DNA of 63,219 nt, filler included. It is 9 parts of 9 records of this genome, joined end to end, with 100 filler letters (N's around TTAATTAATTAA, not from the genome) between each part and the next. Parts side by side here need not be neighbours in the genome. Positions count along the whole stretch, not along the records: positions 34,098 to 39,589 come from DRR723986_33702; positions 39,690 to 48,970 come from DRR723986_33744; 7 more parts are not named here. One strand, given 5' to 3'. The notes below the pieces were generated by a model. That model was not told the origin of the DNA, made no database searches, and saw nothing but the letters and a program-made list of their open reading frames with translations. Below are positions 37,305 to 46,877 of the stretch, piece after piece. How positions within the stretch are numbered: position 1 is the stretch's first letter; each line of letters starts with the position of its first letter. A program made the position numbers and the translations under genes.

Positions 37305-39589
37305 GCTGCTACCCTCTCCGCATCTGGGGGAATTTCTTCCGTGCCTTTCCATAGCGGATCGGATAGCCCGAGGGCCATCTTGAACTCAAGGTATGCGGCA
37401 TAGATCGTAGGTACAACGAATGAAGTAAGCGGCTCCACCAGCATTCCTCCAAACACTGGCAAAGCCATCGCTCGAGCGACGTCGGCACCACGTCCGTCGG
37501 CAAACATCACGGGCAGCAATGCGACCAGTGTCGTGACCGTCGTCATGACACAGGGGCGAATCCGCTTGAGTCCCGCTTCGTAGATCGTATCCCGAACATC
37601 TTGGACCGTGTGTACCTTTCGGCGACTCAGCAGCTGATGGATATAGGTGGCCATGACGACGCCATCGTCGACCGCAACTCCGAACAACGCGATGAAACCG
37701 ACCCAGACCGCCGTGTTCAACTCGACATCCATGACTGCCACCGCGATCATTCCGCCAGCGAAGGCAACTGGAATGCCGCTGAACACAGCCATCGAGATCG
37801 GAAGATTTCGGAACTGCAGATAGATGAGGAACAGATTGATCAGGATGACGAGCGGGATGATCCACATCAGTCGTCGATTGGCTTCAATCTGGTTTCGAAA
37901 ACTACCGACCGCTTCCAGGGAGTATCCAGGCGGAAGCTCGAGATGCCGCTCGTCGGTCTCCGGTAATGCTTGAGCATTCCTGAGCTGATTCTCGATCGCC
38001 TGAACAGACTCTAAGTCTCCCGCTGTTCCATTCGTCGAGAAGGACACATGCGCTGCTAGCCGTGCGTTTTCACTCGTGATCGCACCCGGTCCCCATGTGG
38101 TCTCTAAAGAAGCCAATTCCTCAAGCGGCACAACGGCGCCACTGTGCGTCACCACGGGCAAGCGAGCGAGTTGGTCGACTCGCTCCCGCAAATCGCGGCT
38201 GTAGCGCAAACGGACGGGGTACCGCTCGCGTCCTTCGACCGTCTGGATCAAATTCATGCCGCCTAGAGCGGTTTCGATGACCTGGTTCACCATCACTGGC
38301 GTCATGCCGTAACGCGCGGAAGCTTCGCGATCGACGGTAAATTCGATGTACGGTTTACCCAGCACGATGTCAGGATTCACCGTGGCGGGATTAACGTAGG
38401 GTGACTCCTTCAGTTCGTTGGCTACCGCTTGGGCCGCCTTCGACAACTCCTGCAAGTCATCGCCGTAGATGCGAATTGCCATGGGAGCTTTAATGCCGGT
38501 TTGCAGCATTACGACACGACCTTCGATCGGCTGTAGAGCAGATGCCGGTGTGACTCCGGGCAACGTTGCGACCTTGTTGATTTCGTCCCAGATGTCGCGC
38601 GACGTGATGCCTTCTCGCCATTGTTCTTTCGGCTTGAGCATGATGTAGGTTTCCACCATGGCAGCCGGGGCAGGATCGAGCGCCGACTCCACCCGACCGA
38701 TCTTGCCCAGCACGTCTTGAACTTCGGGGATCTCGCCCATCAGCACATCTTGCGTCTGTAGTATTTGCAATGCCTGACTGAAGCTTACCGCCGGATAGAA
38801 CGTCGGCATGTAGAACCAGCTTCCCTCATCCAGTGCGATCCAGTCGTCTGACTGCAATCCTGTGAAAGAGTGTTTGGCGTCTACGTATCCAGGTAAGTCA
38901 TTCAGTTCTGTACCGACCGCACGAGTCGCAAACTCAATGGGTCTTAGTATCGTCGGCAGTCCGAACCACGCGCCCAAACCGACGAAAAACAACAACGCGG
39001 GAAACGACAAAGCGATGAACTTGTGATTGAGCGCGTACCGAAGTCGTGCCGAGTACAGCCAACGAACGAATCGACTTGTCGGAATCTCCTCAATCGGTCG
39101 AACACGCTCTTTGACTAGTTGCCAGCCGAAAAGTAGCCCGCCCCCTGCCGCGAAACAGGTCACTGCCCAAAGCGGTGCGTTCAACCAATCGGCGATGCGA
39201 TGTCCCAAAACAAACTGCGAAAGCACAGCGACCAATGCAGCAGTACCAAAAGCGACAAACGACGCCTTGAAGGTCGATGCATATTTATTGCGCAGGAGCA
39301 GGCGACTGAGTGCCGGCACGATGGTGACCGCTGTAATCAAAGCGGCAGCGATCGCGAACGTCTTGGTGTACGCGAGCGGCGCGAAGAGGCGATGATCCCG
39401 TCCAGTCAAAAAGAAGACGGGAAGGAACGAAACAATCGTGGTCATCACCGCTGTGACCACTGCTGGTGCCACTTCCGTCGCGGCATCCTGAATCAGTTGG
39501 GGGCGGTCTGCTCGCGTCGCATCCGCTTGTCTATCAGTCTCTGCCAGCTTTTGAAACACGTTCTCGGAAACGATGATTCCCATATCGAC
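37301..39589 (-). CDS. cusA: CusA/CzcA family heavy-metal efflux RND permease, 5' truncated
   Basis: LDEGSWFYMP, GKIGRVESALDPAP, PIEGRVVMLQTG, GFIALFGVAVDDG and RIRPCVMT. Met pattern is of the Cu/Ag CusA type. Confidence 0.92.
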   Translation of the reverse strand, partial: VDMGIIVSENVFQKLAETDRQADATRADRPQLIQDAATEVAPAVVTAVMTTIVSFLPVFFLTGRDHRLFAPLAYTKTFAIAAALITAVTIVPALSRLLLRNKYASTFKASFVAFGTAALVAVLSQFVLGHRIADWLNAPLWAVTCFAAGGGLLFGWQLVKERVRPIEEIPTSRFVRWLYSARLRYALNHKFIALSFPALLFFVGLGAWFGLPTILRPIEFATRAVGTELNDLPGYVDAKHSFTGLQSDDWIALDEGSWFYMPTFYPAVSFSQALQILQTQDVLMGEIPEVQDVLGKIGRVESALDPAPAAMVETYIMLKPKEQWREGITSRDIWDEINKVATLPGVTPASALQPIEGRVVMLQTGIKAPMAIRIYGDDLQELSKAAQAVANELKESPYVNPATVNPDIVLGKPYIEFTVDREASARYGMTPVMVNQVIETALGGMNLIQTVEGRERYPVRLRYSRDLRERVDQLARLPVVTHSGAVVPLEELASLETTWGPGAITSENARLAAHVSFSTNGTAGDLESVQAIENQLRNAQALPETDERHLELPPGYSLEAVGSFRNQIEANRRLMWIIPLVILINLFLIYLQFRNLPISMAVFSGIPVAFAGGMIAVAVMDVELNTAVWVGFIALFGVAVDDGVVMATYIHQLLSRRKVHTVQDVRDTIYEAGLKRIRPCVMTTVTTLVALLPVMFADGRGADVARAMALPVFGGMLVEPLTSFVVPTIYAAYLEFKMALGLSDPLWKGTEEIPPDAERVAA

Positions 39590-39689
39590 NNNNNNNNNNN
39601 NNNNNNNNNNNNNNNNNNNNNNNNNNNNNNNNNTTAATTAATTAANNNNNNNNNNNNNNNNNNNNNNNNNNNNNNNNNNNNNNNNNNNN

Positions 39690-39721
39690 ATGAATCAATG
39701 AATCAATGAATCAATGAATAA
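39690..39721 (+). repeat. 8-bp tandem repeat at contig start
   Basis: ATGAATCA x3 followed by ATGAATAA. Confidence 0.85.
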
Positions 39722-39788
39722 ACAAATCGCAGACTGATGACTCAAGAACTTGGGCAATATCTGATCGGCTTCCAGCCCCTGGCACACA

Positions 39789-39890
39789 GACTAACAAGAA
39801 AACAAGCAAGCCGCCAAATGCTAATGCCGGAGGCGAGGCGTGCAAGCGAACAAGCCGGAAGACGCGGAGCGGCAAGGGCGAAGTGATTCA
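39789..39890 (+). repeat. Degenerate dispersed intergenic repeat, copy B
   Basis: GACTAACAAGAAAACAAGCAAGCCGCC...GCCGGAGGCG...GGGCGAAGTGATTCA. Confidence 0.55.
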
Positions 39891-40223
39891 GAGTAGAAGC
39901 TGGTGTGATTGGGGCGGTTTAGTTGTGTGTAGAGAGGTCGAAGAGAAGGATTGCAAAGATTTGGATTGAGTCTGGTGTTTAAGTCTTGCAATAACAAAAT
40001 TTTGCGAATCTGCGTGTGCCACGGTGGATAGTGTTGGTTATGCGGTTCCGCAGATGAATATCTGAAACTTGAGTATTGAAATTGTAGTCCGAGTTGACCT
40101 GCGTTTGTTTAACACTATGCCAGTGTTGTTAAGTTGTTTATTTAGTGGTGCGGTAAAAAAAATCCGCCCGGAACTTTGCCCGGACGGATGCGGAGAATCA
40201 GTGAACTTGTTGTTTAACTTTGA

Positions 40224-42041
40224 TTAGATGCTGCCCGTCAGAAGCTTTTGATAGTCTTCCTTTTGTTGCATGATGTTCCAGTATGCCAGGTTGCCAAGTA
40301 AGTTGGCCTGCGCGGGGTTGAGCTGGATCACATGACCTTTGTTCTGGAGGAAGACCTGCACGTTCGGGAAATCAGCGAGATTGTGATCACCGTTATCCAT
40401 GGCAGTTTTGACTTCACCTGTTAAGCCATCTTTCCAGGCCGTGGAAGCGCCAACGATTGTAAGTTTGATGTTGACAGCGAAGTATTCCTTGATACCAAAC
40501 AGTTCATTGTCGATGACATTTAACACGAGGTCAACACTTGTAGGCCCAGCATCGGCTTGCTGAAGTCGGTACATTACCAGGTCAAGCATTGATGCCGGAG
40601 TGAAATCTGCATCAGTGTCGGTTTGCAGCAATGTGTTGTCAAACACCTGACGGTTAACAGTGTCTGCGGCCCAGACAACAGCATTCATTTGTTTGGGCAG
40701 TTTTTTCATGGCTGCCGTGTCAATGACCATGCCGCCAAAAAGGACTGCAATCTGATTGTAGCCGAAAACCAATTGTTCCCAACCAAATAGTGAAGTGTCA
40801 ATTGTGCCGCCGGTTCCATTCTCTGTTAGATAGAAGCTCATTTCGCTAATAAAAACAGCGATGTTCTTGACCTGGCGTGCGAGCAGCGGAGTTATTCCCG
40901 TATTTTCAATAATCCCACCGTCACCGAAATCATAACCCGTGGTAACGAGGTTGCCGGCATGATCCAGATTTGGATCAGTCGGATTCCAGTAGTTAAAGTG
41001 TGGGAAAAAGACGTCCAACAAACGCATCCCGCCTGATTGTGCCGCTTTTCCGAGAGCCGAGCCACTTGTACCAACTGGTTGCTGAAGTTCAAAACGATAA
41101 GTGTTCTCGGCTTTTACGACACCATTTTCCAGGCTGCTCTTGGCTTCGGAGTTAAAACCATAGGTCTCAACGTAGGAACCACCGATCTTTTGATTGCTGT
41201 TTACTTCATTGGTTAAACTGTCGGATATACGTCCGGCATACAGTGGTGTGAATTCAAATGGATAGGCATTTTTGAGCGAGCCCTTTGTTTGTGGCTGCGC
41301 AAGCAGCGTGGTGTTCATGATGTAGTAGGGACGGTCGCTGTTCATCGTCATGAAGGCCTTGGCGTCCATTTTGTTACGCGCTGCGATTTTGGCTGCCTGC
41401 TCAGCAGTTGTCGTGAAGAACTTTCTGCGCAGGGCTATATCCGGAGATCCTACATCGAAGCAGGGGGAATCGATGTTAAAGGGGCGCAGGAATAGGTCAC
41501 CGATAGCCATCGTGTAGACTTCGCGTTGCGGTACCAGCGCACCCAAGAGTTTGTTTTTGTGCAGCGCTTCGAATTCCAGTGCTTTGGCAACAACCGGAGC
41601 GTGGCAGACAGAATGGGCCAGTGTGCCTTCCGCTGTCTTGGTTAACTCCGCTGCAGGAATTTTGGCGGGATCCTGAAAATGTTTGCCGAGCAAGTGGTTC
41701 GGATCATTCTGCGGGTTGTAGATATATGCGGCTGTGCCCCAGGTTCCGCCGGATACACCGGAAATGTATCCGATCTCGGGAATGAGGCCGATTTCCTCGA
41801 GTGCGTTAAGGTAACCCGCGATTAGCGCAATGCTAACGGTGCCACCACCCGAGAAGCAGATGCCGCGTTCAGGCCGTTTTGAACCCGCCGGAAAGTAACT
41901 TTGGTCCCCGGCGACCTCAGGAAATTCAAAATCATCAGACTTGGTATTCCAGGTCTGGACATTATAGGTGTTAAGCGCCATAGATTCGGAGGTCTGTGGC
42001 TGGGTTTTACTGGATTCATCTGGATTTTGGGAATTGTTCAT
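40224..42041 (-). CDS. cPLA2/lysophospholipase-like (patatin superfamily) protein
   Basis: GICFSGGG oxyanion loop, YISGVSGGTW nucleophile elbow and FGDGGIIEN catalytic Asp. Start uncertain. Confidence 0.8.
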   Translation of the reverse strand: MNNSQNPDESSKTQPQTSESMALNTYNVQTWNTKSDDFEFPEVAGDQSYFPAGSKRPERGICFSGGGTVSIALIAGYLNALEEIGLIPEIGYISGVSGGTWGTAAYIYNPQNDPNHLLGKHFQDPAKIPAAELTKTAEGTLAHSVCHAPVVAKALEFEALHKNKLLGALVPQREVYTMAIGDLFLRPFNIDSPCFDVGSPDIALRRKFFTTTAEQAAKIAARNKMDAKAFMTMNSDRPYYIMNTTLLAQPQTKGSLKNAYPFEFTPLYAGRISDSLTNEVNSNQKIGGSYVETYGFNSEAKSSLENGVVKAENTYRFELQQPVGTSGSALGKAAQSGGMRLLDVFFPHFNYWNPTDPNLDHAGNLVTTGYDFGDGGIIENTGITPLLARQVKNIAVFISEMSFYLTENGTGGTIDTSLFGWEQLVFGYNQIAVLFGGMVIDTAAMKKLPKQMNAVVWAADTVNRQVFDNTLLQTDTDADFTPASMLDLVMYRLQQADAGPTSVDLVLNVIDNELFGIKEYFAVNIKLTIVGASTAWKDGLTGEVKTAMDNGDHNLADFPNVQVFLQNKGHVIQLNPAQANLLGNLAYWNIMQQKEDYQKLLTGSI

Positions 42042-42308
42042 TGTAGTTAACAATTGATGAGAAAAAGTGGAAGTCCAATAATATATGAAATATTATTGTG
42101 GCAGGATAAGCAGAGCAAATGTTGCGGCGTTCTTCTAATTTCCCTTGAGGCTAAGAGGGGGAGAGTGCAGGTGGAATTACGCATTGAGATTCTGCGTTCA
42201 AAGAGCCCTGCGATACTTGATCCAGAGACAAACTACACGCAAATTTGAGAGTCTTCGTTCCTCATTGTGAACATCCAGAATCAATATTGGTATTCCTTTT
42301 GTTTGCGT

Positions 42309-42788
42309 ATGAACCTCACCAAATACTTCCACGACTCAAGTCTAACCCTCGAAAAACTCACGGCTGATCTCACCGAAGAACACGCCGGACTTTTCATCAA
42401 TGAGCGTGTCAACAACATCAAGTGGCATATTGGGCATATTACGCTGACGAGGATTTACTTTCTCGAACGCTGGAACCCGAAGCTCGATACAAACCAGTTT
42501 CTCACTCAAAGTGAACGTGCTTTGTTCGATCGTGGCGGAACACCGCCGAGAAATCCGGAAGCGTACCCATCCCTTGAACGGTTAAGAGACGTTTTCCGGC
42601 GAATCAGTGAGGCGTGGTCAACCCACCTCGAAGCCTTTACCAATGATGACCTCAAACAACGTCAAAGCAACAAGAGTGATGAAACTTTGGAAGCTTTACT
42701 CGTATTCTTACTGACACACGAGTCCTACCACTGCGGACAAATTGGATTCATACGGTCATCTTGCGGATACCCCGGCATTTTTGAGTGA
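42309..42788 (+). CDS. DinB family protein
   Basis: Motifs NNIKWHIGHI, YPSL and HESYHCGQIG. Confidence 0.88.
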   Translation: MNLTKYFHDSSLTLEKLTADLTEEHAGLFINERVNNIKWHIGHITLTRIYFLERWNPKLDTNQFLTQSERALFDRGGTPPRNPEAYPSLERLRDVFRRISEAWSTHLEAFTNDDLKQRQSNKSDETLEALLVFLLTHESYHCGQIGFIRSSCGYPGIFE

Positions 42789-42880
42789 TCGACCGTTACT
42801 AGAGACCAAGAGAAAATTTCATCGCATTTCAACAACCAAAACAAAACCATCATCTACTCATCTTCACTTGAGGAGCCTTT

Positions 42881-43405
42881 ATGTCTTTTTCAAACATTAC
42901 ACCCGGCACAGTTGGGGCTTGTACTTGTGATGCCGACAACGCCCAGGTCGAAATTGTGGGACAAGGAACGTTTCCCGCCACTGTCTCCGGTCAAATGGTC
43001 GTGATCACGGGTCACGAAGTCCAGCAGGACGGATTGGCAACGATACCGCTTTCCATTACCACACACGCCACGTCCGGCGATCTTGGTGACATTGGCACCA
43101 TTGCCGTCAACCACGATACGAACCGCACGCCTCCACTCAGTCGGCTCCAAGAGTTGACACCCGGTACGGGATTTCCAGCTATGCAGGAAATGTATGTGAA
43201 TATTCTGGTGACGTCTTCGGCTATGCCGGGAATAACATTGCGGAGTGTGACATTTGGCACATTGCGAAATGGAAGCCAAAACAGTTTCCCACCGGCGGAC
43301 GCTGATTATGTTCTGCAAGCTCCCATTGACTTGGAAGACGTGGCGAATCCCGGTTCAGTAGTGGCACGGATTGTGTCGTATACGGCTCACATCAATCGAA
43401 GTTAA
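42881..43405 (+). CDS. Hypothetical beta-rich protein
   Basis: 174-aa ORF with GAGGAG SD upstream and a hairpin downstream. FPA/FPP motifs. No confident family assignment. Confidence 0.7.
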   Translation: MSFSNITPGTVGACTCDADNAQVEIVGQGTFPATVSGQMVVITGHEVQQDGLATIPLSITTHATSGDLGDIGTIAVNHDTNRTPPLSRLQELTPGTGFPAMQEMYVNILVTSSAMPGITLRSVTFGTLRNGSQNSFPPADADYVLQAPIDLEDVANPGSVVARIVSYTAHINRS

Positions 43406-43415
43406 TTCTTGTACC

Positions 43416-43448
43416 CAGAAGCACCTGACGAAATGTTGGGTGCTTCTG
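43416..43448. terminator. Hairpin between convergent genes
   Basis: CAGAAGCACCTGAC-GAAAT-GTTGGGTGCTTCTG. Confidence 0.6.
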
Positions 43449-43552
43449 ACGATTAGCTTGTGAAGGGCAGATATGGCACTTATTAATTAGTAACATACGA
43501 TACGCAGGGTTGATCGATAGAGCAAATTTCTCAACATCAAAGACTTCCACAA

Positions 43553-45871
43553 TTACCGAAGGTTCCTTTTCATTATTTGGTAGTGCTTCGGGTCTGATTC
43601 TTGCACGATCGTAAACATTGTTCTAATGGCGTCCTTCACTTCACGCGTCTCTTTGAGCTTCATAGTACTCGTGGGATCTTGATTGTGAGAGTGTACATTA
43701 ACCAGTTTGTAGAGTCTTTCCAACGCTATTGCAGTGGTTTTGTCGCCTTTAATCATTTTGATAAGCTGATCCAGTTTATTTCTAAAGTTCGCAGAATCGG
43801 GTATCTTGAAACTGCAAAAGACTTCCAAATACCTGCGAGCGATGTTGCCAATAGTGTAGAACTCTGAATATTCAGCGTCTTTTTCCAGAAAATTCCTCAA
43901 CAAAAAAAACAAGTATTGGTACTCAGAACGAAAATTAGCGATTGTACTTTCCATTAACTTTATTTGAGCAAATCTGGGCCCATTCTTTTCTTCGTTTTCA
44001 ATCATGAAAAGTTCCGCATTCTCAGCTTTTTGCTTTTTAACGCGGTTCTTATTTAATTGAATGAACCAGTCCTTCATGAGTGAAAGAAACTCAAAATTAT
44101 GGGTTGACACGATCAGCTGAGATGCATTTGCAAAGTGGTGTTTGATCAATGAATACCCATGGAAAATAAAGTTTGAATCTAAGCTTGAGATGGGGTCATC
44201 AATAAATATAATGCTCTTCTCAATTTTCGCTCCATTTTCATTGATCTTGGATAGAAAGTAGGAAAAGGCAATTGCTGTTTTTTCTCCTTCACTTAGACTT
44301 TTTGCCGGTTCACCATTCTGAAGTACGATGTAGCCTCTCTTGTCTCCTGTCAGTTTTAAACGAATTTCATCTTTCCCGAAGAAGCCCTCTAAGTAATGAT
44401 TAATAACCGGAATGACGCTTTCAACACTTGAGGTCTTTTCTTCATATTTTTTGATTTGCAGCTTTAACTCCTCAAGGGTCGTCTTCAACCCTCCAATCTC
44501 ATCTTGATATGCCTTGAGTTCCGACTCGCTGTCATGGTAGTTGTTGTCTTGAATCTTAGTGTAAAGTAGGTGCAGTTCAAGCCTTCGCTTTATGTCGAGA
44601 ATTTCCTTGAGATGATTTGAGGCACGTTCATTGTGTAGTTCTTGAATAGCAGAAAGGTCAACTACTGCACTGTTAAGGATTCTATATGTTTCCCTAAAAT
44701 TAGTTTCAGAGACAATCTCTTCGAATGGACTGTCTCTTTTTCGATTTAGCTGACTTATCATCTCGTCTATTGAATTGTTGACTTCTTTGGCAGCATCAGC
44801 TACAGACGTAGCGATTTTATGATATTCAGCTTTTAAGTCCGGATAAATATCTTGATTGACTATTCCGGTACTTATTTTGGTCTTTTGCAAGCTTGCAATA
44901 AAGTTGTCAATTTCTACGATGAACCGATCATATTCTTCGTTGAAATGCTTTGCGTAGCGAGCAAGAATGTCTTTCGACAGAGACTTTTCGCAGAATAGAC
45001 ATGTTGTGTCTTGCTGCATTTGCTTGTGCAAAAAGTATCCATCTTTAACCCACTTATTTATGTCTTTGTCTTGAGCAAGTTTTTCAATGATTTCACCTTG
45101 AACAATCCTACCGCATAGTGCGTCAAAGCGTTGACTGATTTGTTCTGCTGAATATAGCGTCTCTCCATTGTGATATAGATTAAAGGCGTGTGGTTTTTGT
45201 GGTTCAACCTCGTCTTTGGATCCACTAATGATCGTTTCTTTAAGCGTTTGGACTTCGGAATCCGGCAGTCTATTTTCTTCTATTGGAGGGAATTCTGCTA
45301 ATGCTTTCTTTACTTTAGCCTTATTGTATGAAAAGTAGTGGTCTTTATGTTCCCGATTTGAAATGTGATCCGAGATGTCGGATGCCATTGTTATACGCAA
45401 TTTGTCCAGACTACCTGACAATGATTTTTCTTTTTCCTTAATGTCGAGAAGGTTTTGATTGGCGACTTTGTATTCGCTCCGTTTCTCTTCCAGTATTCTG
45501 ACCAGCTCTTTGTCTTCATCACTCAAATATACAATGATATCACAGTGCTTTCCAGATTCGCCAAAACTCAAGTATTTATCTATGAAGTCTTGATTGAAAA
45601 CTTTGGCTGTCAGCCCTGATTCTTTCAATTGTGTGTGATCGACCGTGCTACCATCTTCAAGAGTGATTGAAAACTCTCCTTGTTCCGGATAATTTTGAAA
45701 TTCAGTGGAATGCTCAGACACAGCAAAAAAGACTCTCGATAATGTTGTTTTTCCACAGCGATTCCAACCGTAAACAAGATTAAATTTCTTGAATTCTGGT
45801 GGTCTATTGTTGGCGGATATAGGGCTAAAAATGCCGAAGTTTTTCAGCTTGGAGATTTGCCGAACTTGCAT
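43553..45871 (-). CDS. rloC: RloC-like AAA_13 ATPase/zinc-hook/HEPN anticodon nuclease
   Basis: Walker A YGWNRCGKTT, Q-loop VFNQDF, coiled coil with central CLFC hook, LSEGE signature, IDDPISSLD, STHN, and C-terminal NIARRYLE...NVHSH. Confidence 0.8.
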   Translation of the reverse strand: MQVRQISKLKNFGIFSPISANNRPPEFKKFNLVYGWNRCGKTTLSRVFFAVSEHSTEFQNYPEQGEFSITLEDGSTVDHTQLKESGLTAKVFNQDFIDKYLSFGESGKHCDIIVYLSDEDKELVRILEEKRSEYKVANQNLLDIKEKEKSLSGSLDKLRITMASDISDHISNREHKDHYFSYNKAKVKKALAEFPPIEENRLPDSEVQTLKETIISGSKDEVEPQKPHAFNLYHNGETLYSAEQISQRFDALCGRIVQGEIIEKLAQDKDINKWVKDGYFLHKQMQQDTTCLFCEKSLSKDILARYAKHFNEEYDRFIVEIDNFIASLQKTKISTGIVNQDIYPDLKAEYHKIATSVADAAKEVNNSIDEMISQLNRKRDSPFEEIVSETNFRETYRILNSAVVDLSAIQELHNERASNHLKEILDIKRRLELHLLYTKIQDNNYHDSESELKAYQDEIGGLKTTLEELKLQIKKYEEKTSSVESVIPVINHYLEGFFGKDEIRLKLTGDKRGYIVLQNGEPAKSLSEGEKTAIAFSYFLSKINENGAKIEKSIIFIDDPISSLDSNFIFHGYSLIKHHFANASQLIVSTHNFEFLSLMKDWFIQLNKNRVKKQKAENAELFMIENEEKNGPRFAQIKLMESTIANFRSEYQYLFFLLRNFLEKDAEYSEFYTIGNIARRYLEVFCSFKIPDSANFRNKLDQLIKMIKGDKTTAIALERLYKLVNVHSHNQDPTSTMKLKETREVKDAIRTMFTIVQESDPKHYQIMKRNLR

Positions 45872-46112
45872 GATTTCATCCTATAATTTAAATGGTGTTA
45901 CGCAATAGACGAAGGTCGGAATGACTCTCGGTTCTATAGAGAATTGAATGTCCTATTGAACTAAGGAGTATTCATCGTGCCACAGCCCCGTTTTCCACCA
46001 TGCGTTTTGGTAAATATAGCATGAATATATTACATGAGCATTAAATAATATTTCTGTTTGTAAGGGGAAATGTTGGGAGTTTTTTCGCCTTATTCAAAGC
46101 AACAAGGCAAAT

Positions 46113-46316
46113 CTATACTTTTCGCCCATGCTTCATCTTGCCCTTTCTCGATTCCTGAAATTCGATCAAGTCACTTTCTAAAAAGATTCTCCCTGCCGAA
46201 GTTTCGTAGTACGGGATTTTGTAGTGGCGTACGAGGAAGTAAAATCTCGTTGCAGAGACATTCAGAAAAATACGAGCATCACCAGAAGCCATTGGTTTGA
46301 AATCAGACCGATCCAT
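46113..46316 (-). CDS. Small MerR/excisionase-like helix-turn-helix protein
   Basis: DARIFLNVSATRFYFLVRHYKIP...GRIFLESDLIEF pattern. Divergent from the recombinase operon. Confidence 0.65.
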   Translation of the reverse strand: MDRSDFKPMASGDARIFLNVSATRFYFLVRHYKIPYYETSAGRIFLESDLIEFQESRKGKMKHGRKV

Positions 46317-46415
46317 TAGAAGAAAGTTAAAAATTTCTTATAATTCTATTCGCTTTTCTTTGACACAACAGTTTGCCAAATGTAAACTGTTAATGAATTA
46401 ATTTCATATTCAGTC

Positions 46416-46616
46416 ATGAAAGACTCCCAGAGAAGCACACATAAACTTTACGATAGAGCCGAAAAATTAAAGACGCCAGCGGAATGTATTGAATTCCTCA
46501 AGACGCTTGCAGACAATACCGAAAATCATTTGCGATCCGCCGTTTGGAATAATCAAATGAGTTACGATATAATCGAACGTTTAGACAAAGCACGGATTCG
46601 AAAATCTGAGAAATAA
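46416..46616 (+). CDS. Small hypothetical protein
   Basis: 66-aa ATG-TAA ORF heading the recombinase operon. Confidence 0.5.
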   Translation: MKDSQRSTHKLYDRAEKLKTPAECIEFLKTLADNTENHLRSAVWNNQMSYDIIERLDKARIRKSEK

Positions 46617-46649
46617 ATTAAACACCGTATTGATTGAATAAAGCCACTG

Positions 46650-46850
46650 ATGACTGGTGGTGACATGAAAAGCAACACAACCGCTTCCGGCAGAAAATCA
46701 AAGCTCTTTAGACAAGACGACAAAGGCTTTCGCTACCTCATCGAAACAGGGGAGTTAATCGGACACGAAGACGAATGTAAAGCCACGTACGAAGCCCTTG
46801 CCCCTCTCTTTGCCATCTTCGAAGACATTCGAAAACGAATGGAGAACTGA
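46650..46850 (+). CDS. Small hypothetical protein upstream of and in frame with the recombinase
   Basis: 66-aa ORF (SD-like GGTGG before ATG 46665) ending in TGA, 27 nt before the in-frame recombinase ATG. Confidence 0.55.
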   Translation: MTGGDMKSNTTASGRKSKLFRQDDKGFRYLIETGELIGHEDECKATYEALAPLFAIFEDIRKRMEN

Positions 46851-46877
46851 CCGAACCCATTTCTTAACCAATACACC

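Noticed and set aside
40171-40183. 13-nt match GAACTTTGCCCGG shared with about 52052-52064
   Set aside because: Different structural contexts and short enough to be coincidental.
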